DNA from: an uncultured Candidatus Saccharibacteria bacterium
Lineage (GTDB): Bacteria; Patescibacteriota; UBA1384; CAILIB01
Direction of reading: 5' to 3'
Assembly: GCA_964593885.1 (NCBI GenBank)
Contig: CAZQKK010000001.1
Location: forward strand, 425,929-489,928
Length of the DNA stretch: 64,000 nt
Every line of letters begins with the position of its first letter. Position 1 is the first letter of the stretch. Under the pieces are notes generated by a model that did no database searches, was not told the origin of the DNA, and saw only the letters and a program-made list of their open reading frames with translations. Shown piece after piece: positions 18,873 through 26,926 of the stretch. The position numbers and the translations under genes are program-made.

Positions 18873-19793
18873 ATGCCAGCTCGTGCTACCCGTCAAGAAC
18901 CAGAGGCAACTACTACTTCAGACGCTGCGGCGTCTCCTTCGCAAGCATCCCCTGATGCTATTTCCGCGCCAAAGCGGATCATGAGCGCTGGGAAAACACG
19001 CCTGAAGAAGGCTATGAGTGCAGTAAGGCCCCCTGTAGCTGAGACCTCAGACCAGTCGCCAGAGGCTACGGCTCCTGCCGCAACAGATGCTGGAGCACCC
19101 CTATCGCGCCCAGTCCTCGTTGAATTTAGGGAGGTTTCAAAACACTACGGTGAACACGCTGCGCTCGATAACGTCTCCCTCAAACTCTACAAGGGAGAAT
19201 TCTTGAGTTTAGTGGGACCTTCTGGAGCCGGGAAGTCTACCCTCATTAAGTGCCTCACCCTCCAGGAACGTCCTGAGGAGGGGAGAATTATTGTTGCCGG
19301 GAGGGATATCACCCTGTTACGCAAGCGAGAGCTTCCATTCTACCGTCGTAAGGTTGGATTCATTTTCCAAGACTACAAGCTCTTGGCAAGTAAAACCGTC
19401 TACGAGAATGTGGCCTTCGCACTTGAGGTATCGGGTGTGGCAACCCGCGAGATTAGGGATAGGGTTCAGCTCATGCTCGAGACCGTAGGAATGACCCCTA
19501 AACGCGATAACTTCCCCCACGAGCTATCAGGTGGTGAGCAGCAGCGTGTGGCCATTGCCCGCGCCCTCGTCCACGATCCACGCATCCTCATTGCCGATGA
19601 GCCAACCGGTAACCTAGACCCGGTGAACACCTGGGAAATTATTGAGCTCCTCTACAAGATCAACCGATCAGGTACCATGGTCATCTTGGCTACCCATGAT
19701 CGTGAGATTGTAGATGCGCTCAAGAAACGGGTGGTAACCATCAGGGCAGGGCAGATTGTCGCCGATCAAGAGAAAGGAACCTACCTCGTATGA
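18873..19793 (+). CDS. ftsE: cell-division ABC ATPase FtsE with an approximately 85-aa low-complexity N-terminal extension
   Basis: Walker [13 protein letters not shown] signature [15 protein letters not shown], Walker [13 protein letters not shown]; immediately followed by ftsX. Confidence 0.85.
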   Translation: MPARATRQEPEATTTSDAAASPSQASPDAISAPKRIMSAGKTRLKKAMSAVRPPVAETSDQSPEATAPAATDAGAPLSRPVLVEFREVSKHYGEHAALDNVSLKLYKGEFLSLVGPSGAGKSTLIKCLTLQERPEEGRIIVAGRDITLLRKRELPFYRRKVGFIFQDYKLLASKTVYENVAFALEVSGVATREIRDRVQLMLETVGMTPKRDNFPHELSGGEQQRVAIARALVHDPRILIADEPTGNLDPVNTWEIIELLYKINRSGTMVILATHDREIVDALKKRVVTIRAGQIVADQEKGTYLV

Positions 19794-20743
19794 TGTTTCC
19801 TACCTTCCTCAGAATCTTACTGTATGGGGTGTTTGGTTTCCGTCGCCATATCTGGCTTTCGGTTATTGCGGTGATCACCATGACCATGACGCTCATGACG
19901 GTTACTGTGTTTGCGATGACAGATGTTATCGCCGCCCAGCAGCAGAAAGAGCTTGAGAACAAGATTGACTACGTCATCTTTGTCAAAGACGAGGCAAGTG
20001 ATACGGATGTTAACCTCCTGATCACCCAGATTGAAGCGCAGCCAGAGGTGAAGGATGTTAGCCTCCTCAGCAAAGAAGACGCTAGGAAGCAGTTTGAGCA
20101 AACCCTAGGTACTCTCCCAGAGTTGCAGGGTCTCATCACAGAGGAGCGAAATCCACTCCCTCGCCAAGTGTCGGTAGGCTTCAACAATGTTGAGGGAATC
20201 ACGGAGTTCAACCAGTTCGTCTCTCAGGACAGGTTTAAGCAGATTATTTTCCTCACTAGCTACGAGGAAAACCAGGATATCATCAAGAACTACATTAGTA
20301 CGGCAAACCTGCTCAAGGTTATCGGTTTTGCTTTTACCTTCTTCTTCTTGCTCATTGCCTTCATGGTTATCTTCAATGTCATTAGGCTGGCTATTCACTC
20401 CAGGAGACAGGAAATCGAGGTAATGAGGTTGGTTGGGGCTAGTCCCGGCTTCATTAAAGGACCCTTCTTTGTGGAAGCTGTGCTCTACGCGTTGCTCAGT
20501 ACCGTTGCGGCCTCAAGTCTCACCTGGCTCACCCTTACTCAGCTCCAGCACCTCGTCCAGCAGAGCTACGGAACTGGTGGTAATACCCTCACAGCACTCT
20601 TTTGGCCCATTCTCACCACAAACGGCGATGGTTCCCTGAGCAGCATCCTAAGCTACCTCTTCGTACTCCAACTCCTCGTTGCGGTTATCCTGGGGATAAT
20701 CTGTAGCGGCGTGGCAGTGAGAAGGTACTTGAAAGAAGCCTAA
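19790..20743 (+). CDS. ftsX: cell-division permease-like protein FtsX
   Basis: N-terminal TM, periplasmic domain, then C-terminal 3-TM bundle; ATGA overlap with ftsE. Confidence 0.8.
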   Translation: MMFPTFLRILLYGVFGFRRHIWLSVIAVITMTMTLMTVTVFAMTDVIAAQQQKELENKIDYVIFVKDEASDTDVNLLITQIEAQPEVKDVSLLSKEDARKQFEQTLGTLPELQGLITEERNPLPRQVSVGFNNVEGITEFNQFVSQDRFKQIIFLTSYEENQDIIKNYISTANLLKVIGFAFTFFFLLIAFMVIFNVIRLAIHSRRQEIEVMRLVGASPGFIKGPFFVEAVLYALLSTVAASSLTWLTLTQLQHLVQQSYGTGGNTLTALFWPILTTNGDGSLSSILSYLFVLQLLVAVILGIICSGVAVRRYLKEA

Positions 20744-20768
20744 GTTAGACGTATACTCTCCCTACACT

Positions 20769-21968
20769 ATGCGTAACCGTTCCGCACTTTCGCGCACTGT
20801 CATCGCACTCTTCTCTCTCACCGTTCTTACTGTATCCGGAAGTACTACTTGGCTTATCCCGGTTCGTCCACAGGTAGTAAGAGCGGCTTCAGTAAAAGAC
20901 CTCGAGGCAAAGAAAAAGGCTGCCGCAGAGGCTGCTAAGAAGGCTGCCGCTGAGGCTGCAAAGAAGAAAGAGCAAGCAGCAGCCGCTGCTGCAAAGGTAA
21001 AGCAGGTCACAGGGCAAATCTCTGAGATTGAAGGGGAAATTGTTGAGACGCAGTCAACTATTGTTACCACCCAGACAGAGGTAGAAAAGAAAACTCAGCA
21101 GCTTGCTCTCCTAGAGTCTGACCTGAGGCGTATCCAAGATCAGCAGGATGCCTTGGTTAGGCAGCTCTACATCACCATGGTGAGTCTCCCAGACGAGCTA
21201 GCATTTTTCTCAAACGAGAGTGTCAGCGATAAAGAGAAGAAGCGGGCACAGTTTATTGCTCTCAAGAAGTCTGTTGCCCTCATGTACACCCAGACAACCG
21301 CAGCAAAAATGGCGGTAGAGGAAACGCGTACTGGTTTGGCACGTAAGGCAGACCAACTTGAACAGTTCAAGATGCAGCAGGGCGAGCAGAAGAAGGGACT
21401 TGCTAACTACAAGAGTGCGCAGTCAGATCTCCAGAAAGATGCTGTTGCTGCTGCGGCAAAACTTGAGGCTCAGGCAGCTCAGGCACAGAAGGATGTGGCA
21501 AAAATTGAGCAACAGATTCAGGTAGAGATTAGCAAGGCTATTAAGAGTGGTAACTTTACCGGCGGGGGACCAGGGGTTGGAACGCGTGTAACACGGGGCA
21601 CCTACATTGGGGCAATGGGTTGCACCGGATACTGTACTGGCCCTCACGCTCACCTAGAGTTACGTATTAACAATATTCCAGTAAACCCAACAGGCTACTT
21701 GAGTAACGGCACCTTGAGTTACCCTGTAGCAAACTACACACTTACCCAAGGCTTTGGGTACACCTCGTACGCAGCATCGGGTGCATACGGTGGCAATATC
21801 CACACAGGACTCGATCTCGCAGCCAAGTATGGTACACCAATCTACGCTCCAGCAGATGGTACGGTGATCCTCAATTCGTTCTACCGTGGCTATGGCTATG
21901 CCTGGGCTGCTAAACTAGATTCAGACCCAAACAAAGTGGTCCTCATTGGTCACATGGTGGCCAGGTAA
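20769..21968 (+). CDS. M23 (LytM) peptidase with N-terminal coiled-coil, EnvC/PcsB-like
   Basis: signal peptide, long coiled-coil (KKAAAEAAKK repeats, QQ-rich), C-terminal M23 motifs HTGLDLAA...GTPIYAPADGTV...GHM; follows ftsEX. Confidence 0.8.
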   Translation: MRNRSALSRTVIALFSLTVLTVSGSTTWLIPVRPQVVRAASVKDLEAKKKAAAEAAKKAAAEAAKKKEQAAAAAAKVKQVTGQISEIEGEIVETQSTIVTTQTEVEKKTQQLALLESDLRRIQDQQDALVRQLYITMVSLPDELAFFSNESVSDKEKKRAQFIALKKSVALMYTQTTAAKMAVEETRTGLARKADQLEQFKMQQGEQKKGLANYKSAQSDLQKDAVAAAAKLEAQAAQAQKDVAKIEQQIQVEISKAIKSGNFTGGGPGVGTRVTRGTYIGAMGCTGYCTGPHAHLELRINNIPVNPTGYLSNGTLSYPVANYTLTQGFGYTSYAASGAYGGNIHTGLDLAAKYGTPIYAPADGTVILNSFYRGYGYAWAAKLDSDPNKVVLIGHMVAR

Positions 21969-21989
21969 CAGCTAGCTAAGGAGTTCCCC

Positions 21990-23231
21990 ATGCAGATAGA
22001 TAAAGGTAGGCGTTTTGTAGTGCCAGCGGCTCTCCTCGTTGTCGTGCTTCTCCTCGTTTCTGGTGCCGGCATAACAGGTTACCAGTTTGGACTCCAGCGA
22101 GCAGGGGGATCGGTTACCGTTTCTGGCGATAGGCCAAACCTAGGTACTTTCTGGGAAGCTTGGAACATCCTCGACAAAAAGTTTTACGGCGATACCTCTA
22201 CCGATGCGCGTGTTGACGGAGCCATTTCAGGCATGGTTGCCGGTCTTGGCGATCCTTACACTACCTACCTCGCTCCAAAGCAGGATAAGCTCTTTAGGTC
22301 TGGCCTTGAGGGAAGCTTTGGTGGTATTGGAGCTGAGCTTGAGGTGATCAATGAGCAGCTCACCATTGTCAGCCCGCTCCAAGGAACTCCATCTGAGAAG
22401 AGTGGATTAAAGGCGGGTGATATCATATTGAAAATTGATGGCGAAGAAACAAAGAACCTCAGCTTCCTGGATGCAGTAGACAAGATTAGGGGCGAAAAGG
22501 GTACCGATGTAACTCTCACCATTGGCCGTTCTGGAAAGGATGAGCCTTTTGACGTGAAAGTTACCAGGGATACCATTACGGTAAAGAGCGTGAGCAGCGA
22601 GAACATCGGGCCTAATGGGGAAGTTGCCTACATAAAGCTCAACCAGTTTGGCGAAGATACCTCAAAGCTCTTCAGAGACGCCCTTGCCACAGCTGTTGCT
22701 GATGGTAAGAAAGGGGTTATCGTAGATCTGAGAAACAACCCTGGAGGATTTCTCACCACGGCAATTGATGCAATTGGCTTTGTCCTTCCAGAGACCATTG
22801 CTAGTGATAATGAGTTCCTGAAAGCAAGGACTGCGGTGAGAGAGACGTACAAGAACAAGATAGAAGATAAGCAGGTTGCTACCAACTCACCCGTTGCAGA
22901 CACCATGCCAATGGCGGTGCTTGTGAACGGGGGATCTGCCTCAGCCTCTGAGATTTTTTCTGGAGCGATGAAGGACTACGGCCGAGCAAAACTGGTAGGA
23001 CAGAAAACCTTTGGTAAGGGGAGCGTTCAAGATTTAGTTGAGCTCAAGAATGGTGGTAGTATAAAGGTAACTATTGCACACTGGCTCACCCCACTAGGTA
23101 CAGAGATCAACAAAAAGGGAGTAGTTCCTGACGTTGAGGTCTCACTCAAAGAGGGAGAAAAGCTAAGCTCAAGTGATAGTCAGGTCATTGCAGCTCTCGC
23201 GCAGCTTGGAAGTTCGCTCGCCAAAAAGTAA
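21990..23231 (+). CDS. ctpA: carboxyl-terminal processing protease (S41, PDZ domain)
   Basis: PDZ GLKAGDIILKIDG; S41 motifs VDLRNNPGG and NGGSASASEIF...KTFGKGSVQ. Confidence 0.85.
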   Translation: MQIDKGRRFVVPAALLVVVLLLVSGAGITGYQFGLQRAGGSVTVSGDRPNLGTFWEAWNILDKKFYGDTSTDARVDGAISGMVAGLGDPYTTYLAPKQDKLFRSGLEGSFGGIGAELEVINEQLTIVSPLQGTPSEKSGLKAGDIILKIDGEETKNLSFLDAVDKIRGEKGTDVTLTIGRSGKDEPFDVKVTRDTITVKSVSSENIGPNGEVAYIKLNQFGEDTSKLFRDALATAVADGKKGVIVDLRNNPGGFLTTAIDAIGFVLPETIASDNEFLKARTAVRETYKNKIEDKQVATNSPVADTMPMAVLVNGGSASASEIFSGAMKDYGRAKLVGQKTFGKGSVQDLVELKNGGSIKVTIAHWLTPLGTEINKKGVVPDVEVSLKEGEKLSSSDSQVIAALAQLGSSLAKK

Positions 23232-23249
23232 CAAGCTCTCTCAACACCT

Positions 23250-25370
23250 ATGGCTGAAGACTCGCTCCCACCAGTTCCACCACCAGTACCTGGCGTTGTA
23301 CCACCAGCTAGCCCACAGCCTCCTGTAGCTATTCCTGTGCCACCACCAGTTACTCCAGGGCCTGCAAGTAGCCCAGCTCCAGCGAGTGACGTTAGTGATG
23401 AAGATGTGCCACGCTCAAACCTTAGCCCTTTCAAGTTGCTGGCTAAGAAAGACCAAGGATCCGCAGCCCCACAGGCAAACGTGGTTCCACCACCAACACC
23501 AGTAGCTCCTACTATTCCCCAGCCTAGTCAGCCAGCTGGAGGAATTATGGTTGCAACTCCTAGCCGTGAAGAGCTCCTCAAGCAGGCCGCTGAAGCACCT
23601 GAAGCAAGCTTTATCCTGCCTCCACCTGAGATTATCGCTACCCAGAATAGCCAGGCAACACCTCTAGTGAGTCAGGTTCCACGTCAACCGGGAGCTGCCA
23701 TGCAGCCACTCTTTGAAAAGGATGTGCCCGCACCTAGTAAGCCAATACCAGTAAGGCAAGGTGCTCTTGGAACACCTGCGGCTCCACTTCGCGCTCAGCA
23801 GGTTCCCTTTACACCTCCAAAACAGATGGGTGCGCCAATACCACTCAATGGCGGGGTAAAGCCAAAAATCCCGGGGAGGGTCACGCCTGCCGTGCAAAAT
23901 TCGCTCAACGTAGCTGCTAAAACAGGTTTTGGTGCTGCTCCAAAAAAGCGTAACTTCACTGGTACGCTCATTATTGGGTTGCTCATCTTCATTATTGTCG
24001 GGAGTGGCGCCGCCTACGTAATGGCTAAGAATGGCTCACGCGTTCCCGTGCTCTTTAAGGTGGTTAGTGGCTTAGAGGCTAGTGGCCTTGCAAGCAATAC
24101 GCAGGCACTCTCCTACGTCCAGGCACGTACCCGATACCAGGTGCAGGGTGAGGTTGAGTTGGTGCGATCAGATCTTGTAGATGCAACAGGGAAACCTACC
24201 CTCACCAATGCCGGAGATGCGGCGGCAGGGAGTGTCTACCGCCTGAAGAGCCAAATGGGCCAAGGTGAGTTTAGCGAGAAGGGTGCCAACCACGTAGCAC
24301 TGCTTGCCCTTACGGTAAACCAGAACGATCCTATTCAGCTTGCCCTTAAAGAGAAGCCAGCCAGTACTGACACCGATAACTGGTCTATGTACTTCTCAAG
24401 CAACGATAAGCCACAGCTCTCCTCAATCAAGAGTAGTTTGGTGGCAAAATCGCTCCTCCTTCCAATTCTCCAACCTATCCCACTTGAGAAGCTGCTGACA
24501 CTCCCAACAGGGGAGCTTGCCTACCAGAAGCAGGTGGGAACAAAGGCTGGTACCGTGCTATCTGCCCACAAGTACACCGTTGCTAGCGACAAGCTTAAGG
24601 ACTACTTCCCGGCCAGTGCGGTACTTGAGAACTTTACCCTCACTTCGCGATACACCTGGGCTCAGGGTACAACCCCAGCTGCTCAGACCAGCACCGCAGA
24701 CCTAGAGGGAAAGGTGACGTACCTCCAGAAAACCTATAACTACACCGCTAAGTGGCGCTACGGAAGTTGGGATCAAGCCATAGATGCAAGTGGCGATACC
24801 AGTGGAGCAATAGCAAAGGTAACTGGGATCGAAGTTCCTACACCCACAAGCATGGCAAGTGCTACGGCGCTCATGGGGATTCTCAACCTTACTTCGCTCC
24901 CTAACACGCTTACGGAAGCCGAGGGTGGAAGTGTCTCCACTACCACCGGTGGTGGAAATTCAGGTAGCGCTATCACCCCAACTGGTGAAGGCATCACGGT
25001 GGCGGGTTCAAAGATTACCGTTGCACCCCCAGTTCCCACAAAGCCAGCTTCTACTGAGGCAAAGGCACGTGATACTCAGCGCATCAAGGACCTCGCCGAT
25101 ATCAAGCAGGCGCTCACCGCCTACAAAACCGCAAAGGGAAGCTACCCGGTGAGTATCACGCTCCTCCAGACTGCTGAAGGTGGGGTACTCCTCTCAGAAC
25201 TGGTTCCAACTTACCTGACAAAGCTCCCAATAGACCCCACAAAGACAACCTACTGGTACGAGTACACTTCTACGGGAAGTAGCTTTACCCTGAGGGCGGT
25301 TGCGGAAGATCCAGAAAGTGCTACGGTGAAAAAAGGAAGCATTTACCCATACTTTGAAGTAACTAACTAG
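23250..25370 (+). CDS. large membrane-anchored surface protein: Pro-rich N-terminus, one TM helix, extracellular domain, C-terminal pseudopilin(GspG)-like domain
   Basis: 706 aa; PPVPPPVPG repeats; TM LIIGLLIFIIVGSGAAYVMA; C-terminus ARDTQRIKDLADIKQALTAYKTAKGSYP resembles the type II secretion/type IV pilin core region but without an N-terminal prepilin motif. Confidence 0.55.
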   Translation: MAEDSLPPVPPPVPGVVPPASPQPPVAIPVPPPVTPGPASSPAPASDVSDEDVPRSNLSPFKLLAKKDQGSAAPQANVVPPPTPVAPTIPQPSQPAGGIMVATPSREELLKQAAEAPEASFILPPPEIIATQNSQATPLVSQVPRQPGAAMQPLFEKDVPAPSKPIPVRQGALGTPAAPLRAQQVPFTPPKQMGAPIPLNGGVKPKIPGRVTPAVQNSLNVAAKTGFGAAPKKRNFTGTLIIGLLIFIIVGSGAAYVMAKNGSRVPVLFKVVSGLEASGLASNTQALSYVQARTRYQVQGEVELVRSDLVDATGKPTLTNAGDAAAGSVYRLKSQMGQGEFSEKGANHVALLALTVNQNDPIQLALKEKPASTDTDNWSMYFSSNDKPQLSSIKSSLVAKSLLLPILQPIPLEKLLTLPTGELAYQKQVGTKAGTVLSAHKYTVASDKLKDYFPASAVLENFTLTSRYTWAQGTTPAAQTSTADLEGKVTYLQKTYNYTAKWRYGSWDQAIDASGDTSGAIAKVTGIEVPTPTSMASATALMGILNLTSLPNTLTEAEGGSVSTTTGGGNSGSAITPTGEGITVAGSKITVAPPVPTKPASTEAKARDTQRIKDLADIKQALTAYKTAKGSYPVSITLLQTAEGGVLLSELVPTYLTKLPIDPTKTTYWYEYTSTGSSFTLRAVAEDPESATVKKGSIYPYFEVTN

Positions 25371-25375
25371 CCACC

Positions 25376-25933
25376 ATGTTGCCACTCTACATCGTCCTCG
25401 GAGTTCTCGCCCTCGTTCTCGTCTGGCTCTTCTTCGCCTATAACGGCCTCATTGCTACTAGAAACCAAGCTGATGAAGCACTCAGCGATATTGATGTGCA
25501 GACCAAGCGTCGCTACGACCTCATTCCAAACCTCGTTGAGTCTGTGAAGGGCTACGCCAAGCAGGAGTCTTCAGTTCTTGAGAAGGTTACGGAAGCTCGT
25601 GCTGCCGCTATCAACGCTGGTCAGAGCGGTCTCAAGCAGTCTGAAGAGGCTGAGAATGTCCTTACCGGTGCCCTCAAGAGCGTCTTTGCAGTTGCTGAGA
25701 GCTACCCAGACCTCAAGTCTTCAGCAAACTTCCAGCAGCTCTCCTCTGAGCTTTCAGACACAGAGAACAAGATCATGGCAGCTCGTAGGTTCTACAACGC
25801 AACGGTTCGTGAATTCAACACCAAGCTCCAGGTGCTCCCAACTAGCATCTTTGCTAGGAGCCTGGGCTTCACCGCCAAAGAGTTCTTTGCCAGCGACGAA
25901 GCCTCAAAAGAGGTTGTCAAAGTTTCATTCTAG
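25376..25933 (+). CDS. LemA family protein
   Basis: N-terminal TM plus NGLIATRNQADEALSDIDVQTKRRYDLIPNLVE...ESYPDLKSS pattern of LemA. Confidence 0.85.
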   Translation: MLPLYIVLGVLALVLVWLFFAYNGLIATRNQADEALSDIDVQTKRRYDLIPNLVESVKGYAKQESSVLEKVTEARAAAINAGQSGLKQSEEAENVLTGALKSVFAVAESYPDLKSSANFQQLSSELSDTENKIMAARRFYNATVREFNTKLQVLPTSIFARSLGFTAKEFFASDEASKEVVKVSF

Positions 25934-25965
25934 TTTTTCTACGCGGCTGGTAGGCCGTAATCAAG

Positions 25966-26874
25966 ATGACGCTCTACACGCAAGTTGCCTCAAACCGTTT
26001 TAAAACGGCTTTCTACCTTGGGCTCTTCAGCCTCATCTTCCTTGGTGTAGGCTGGGCGTTTGCCTGGTACTTCCAGATGCCTGGCATCCTGGTGGTTGCC
26101 TCCTTCATCGTGATCATCCAGGGCATTGTCAGCTACTGGTTCTCAGATAGTATCGCTCTAGCAGCCTCTCAGGCACAGCCTCTGTCAAAAGTCTTACAGC
26201 CAAACCAGGAGGCGAGGGTAAGGAAGCTCACCGAGAACCTCTGCATCACGGCAGGGCTCAAGGTGCCACGGCTCTACGTCATCCCCGATACAGCTCTCAA
26301 TGCCTTCGCAACGGGGCGAAACCAAGACCACGCCGCAGTAGCCCTGACGGCTGGATTGGTAGAGCAGCTGGATGACAACGAGCTCTCTGGGGTTATCGCC
26401 CATGAGCTCTCCCACATTGGGAACGAAGACATCAAGCTCATGAGCATGGTAATGGTAATGGCAGGCCTGATTGCCCTGGTTTCAGACTTGGGCATGAGGA
26501 GTATGTTCTACGGAGGAGGCAGGCGGCGCAGCGATGATAACGGAGGAGGAGGTGTCATGCTCTTGATTGCTATTGCCTTGGCTATCTTGGCGCCAATTGC
26601 CGCTACGCTGATTCAACTGGCAATCTCGAGGAAGCGTGAGTTCATGGCCGATGCCACGGCGGTACTGATTACCCGCTACCCAGAAGGCCTGATTTCGGCC
26701 CTCAAAAAGATCAGCGGGGACACTGAGCCACTTGAGGTAGCCAACCGAGGGAACGCCTTCATGTACTTCTCAAACCCCCTCCACAAACAGTTCATGGCGG
26801 GTCTCTTCGCCACCCACCCTCCAGTTGAGGAGCGAATAAAGGCACTTCAGCAGGGTACGGGGATCTCTCTGTAA
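25966..26874 (+). CDS. htpX: M48-family zinc metalloprotease HtpX
   Basis: HEXXH (IAHELSHIGNED), 4 TM segments, C-terminal GLFATHPPVEERI. Confidence 0.85.
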   Translation: MTLYTQVASNRFKTAFYLGLFSLIFLGVGWAFAWYFQMPGILVVASFIVIIQGIVSYWFSDSIALAASQAQPLSKVLQPNQEARVRKLTENLCITAGLKVPRLYVIPDTALNAFATGRNQDHAAVALTAGLVEQLDDNELSGVIAHELSHIGNEDIKLMSMVMVMAGLIALVSDLGMRSMFYGGGRRRSDDNGGGGVMLLIAIALAILAPIAATLIQLAISRKREFMADATAVLITRYPEGLISALKKISGDTEPLEVANRGNAFMYFSNPLHKQFMAGLFATHPPVEERIKALQQGTGISL

Positions 26875-26883
26875 ACCATACAT

Positions 26884-26906
26884 AAAAAACCACCCGTGAA
26901 GGGTGG
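26884..26906 (-). terminator. intrinsic terminator hairpin CCACCC-GTGAA-GGGTGG with A6/T6 run, oriented for the minus-strand ThyX-like gene
   Basis: 6-bp GC stem flanked by A-run on + strand (T-run on - strand) 20 nt downstream of the stop at 26927. Confidence 0.6.
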
Positions 26907-26926
26907 TTGGAACGTTACTCCGGTGA

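Noticed and set aside
20921-20990. Short tandem nucleotide repeats (GCTGCCGCAGAGGCTGCTAAGAAG-like)
   Set aside because: They encode the KKAAAEAAKK coiled-coil repeats of the M23 peptidase; this is a coding low-complexity repeat, not a CRISPR array or mobile repeat.
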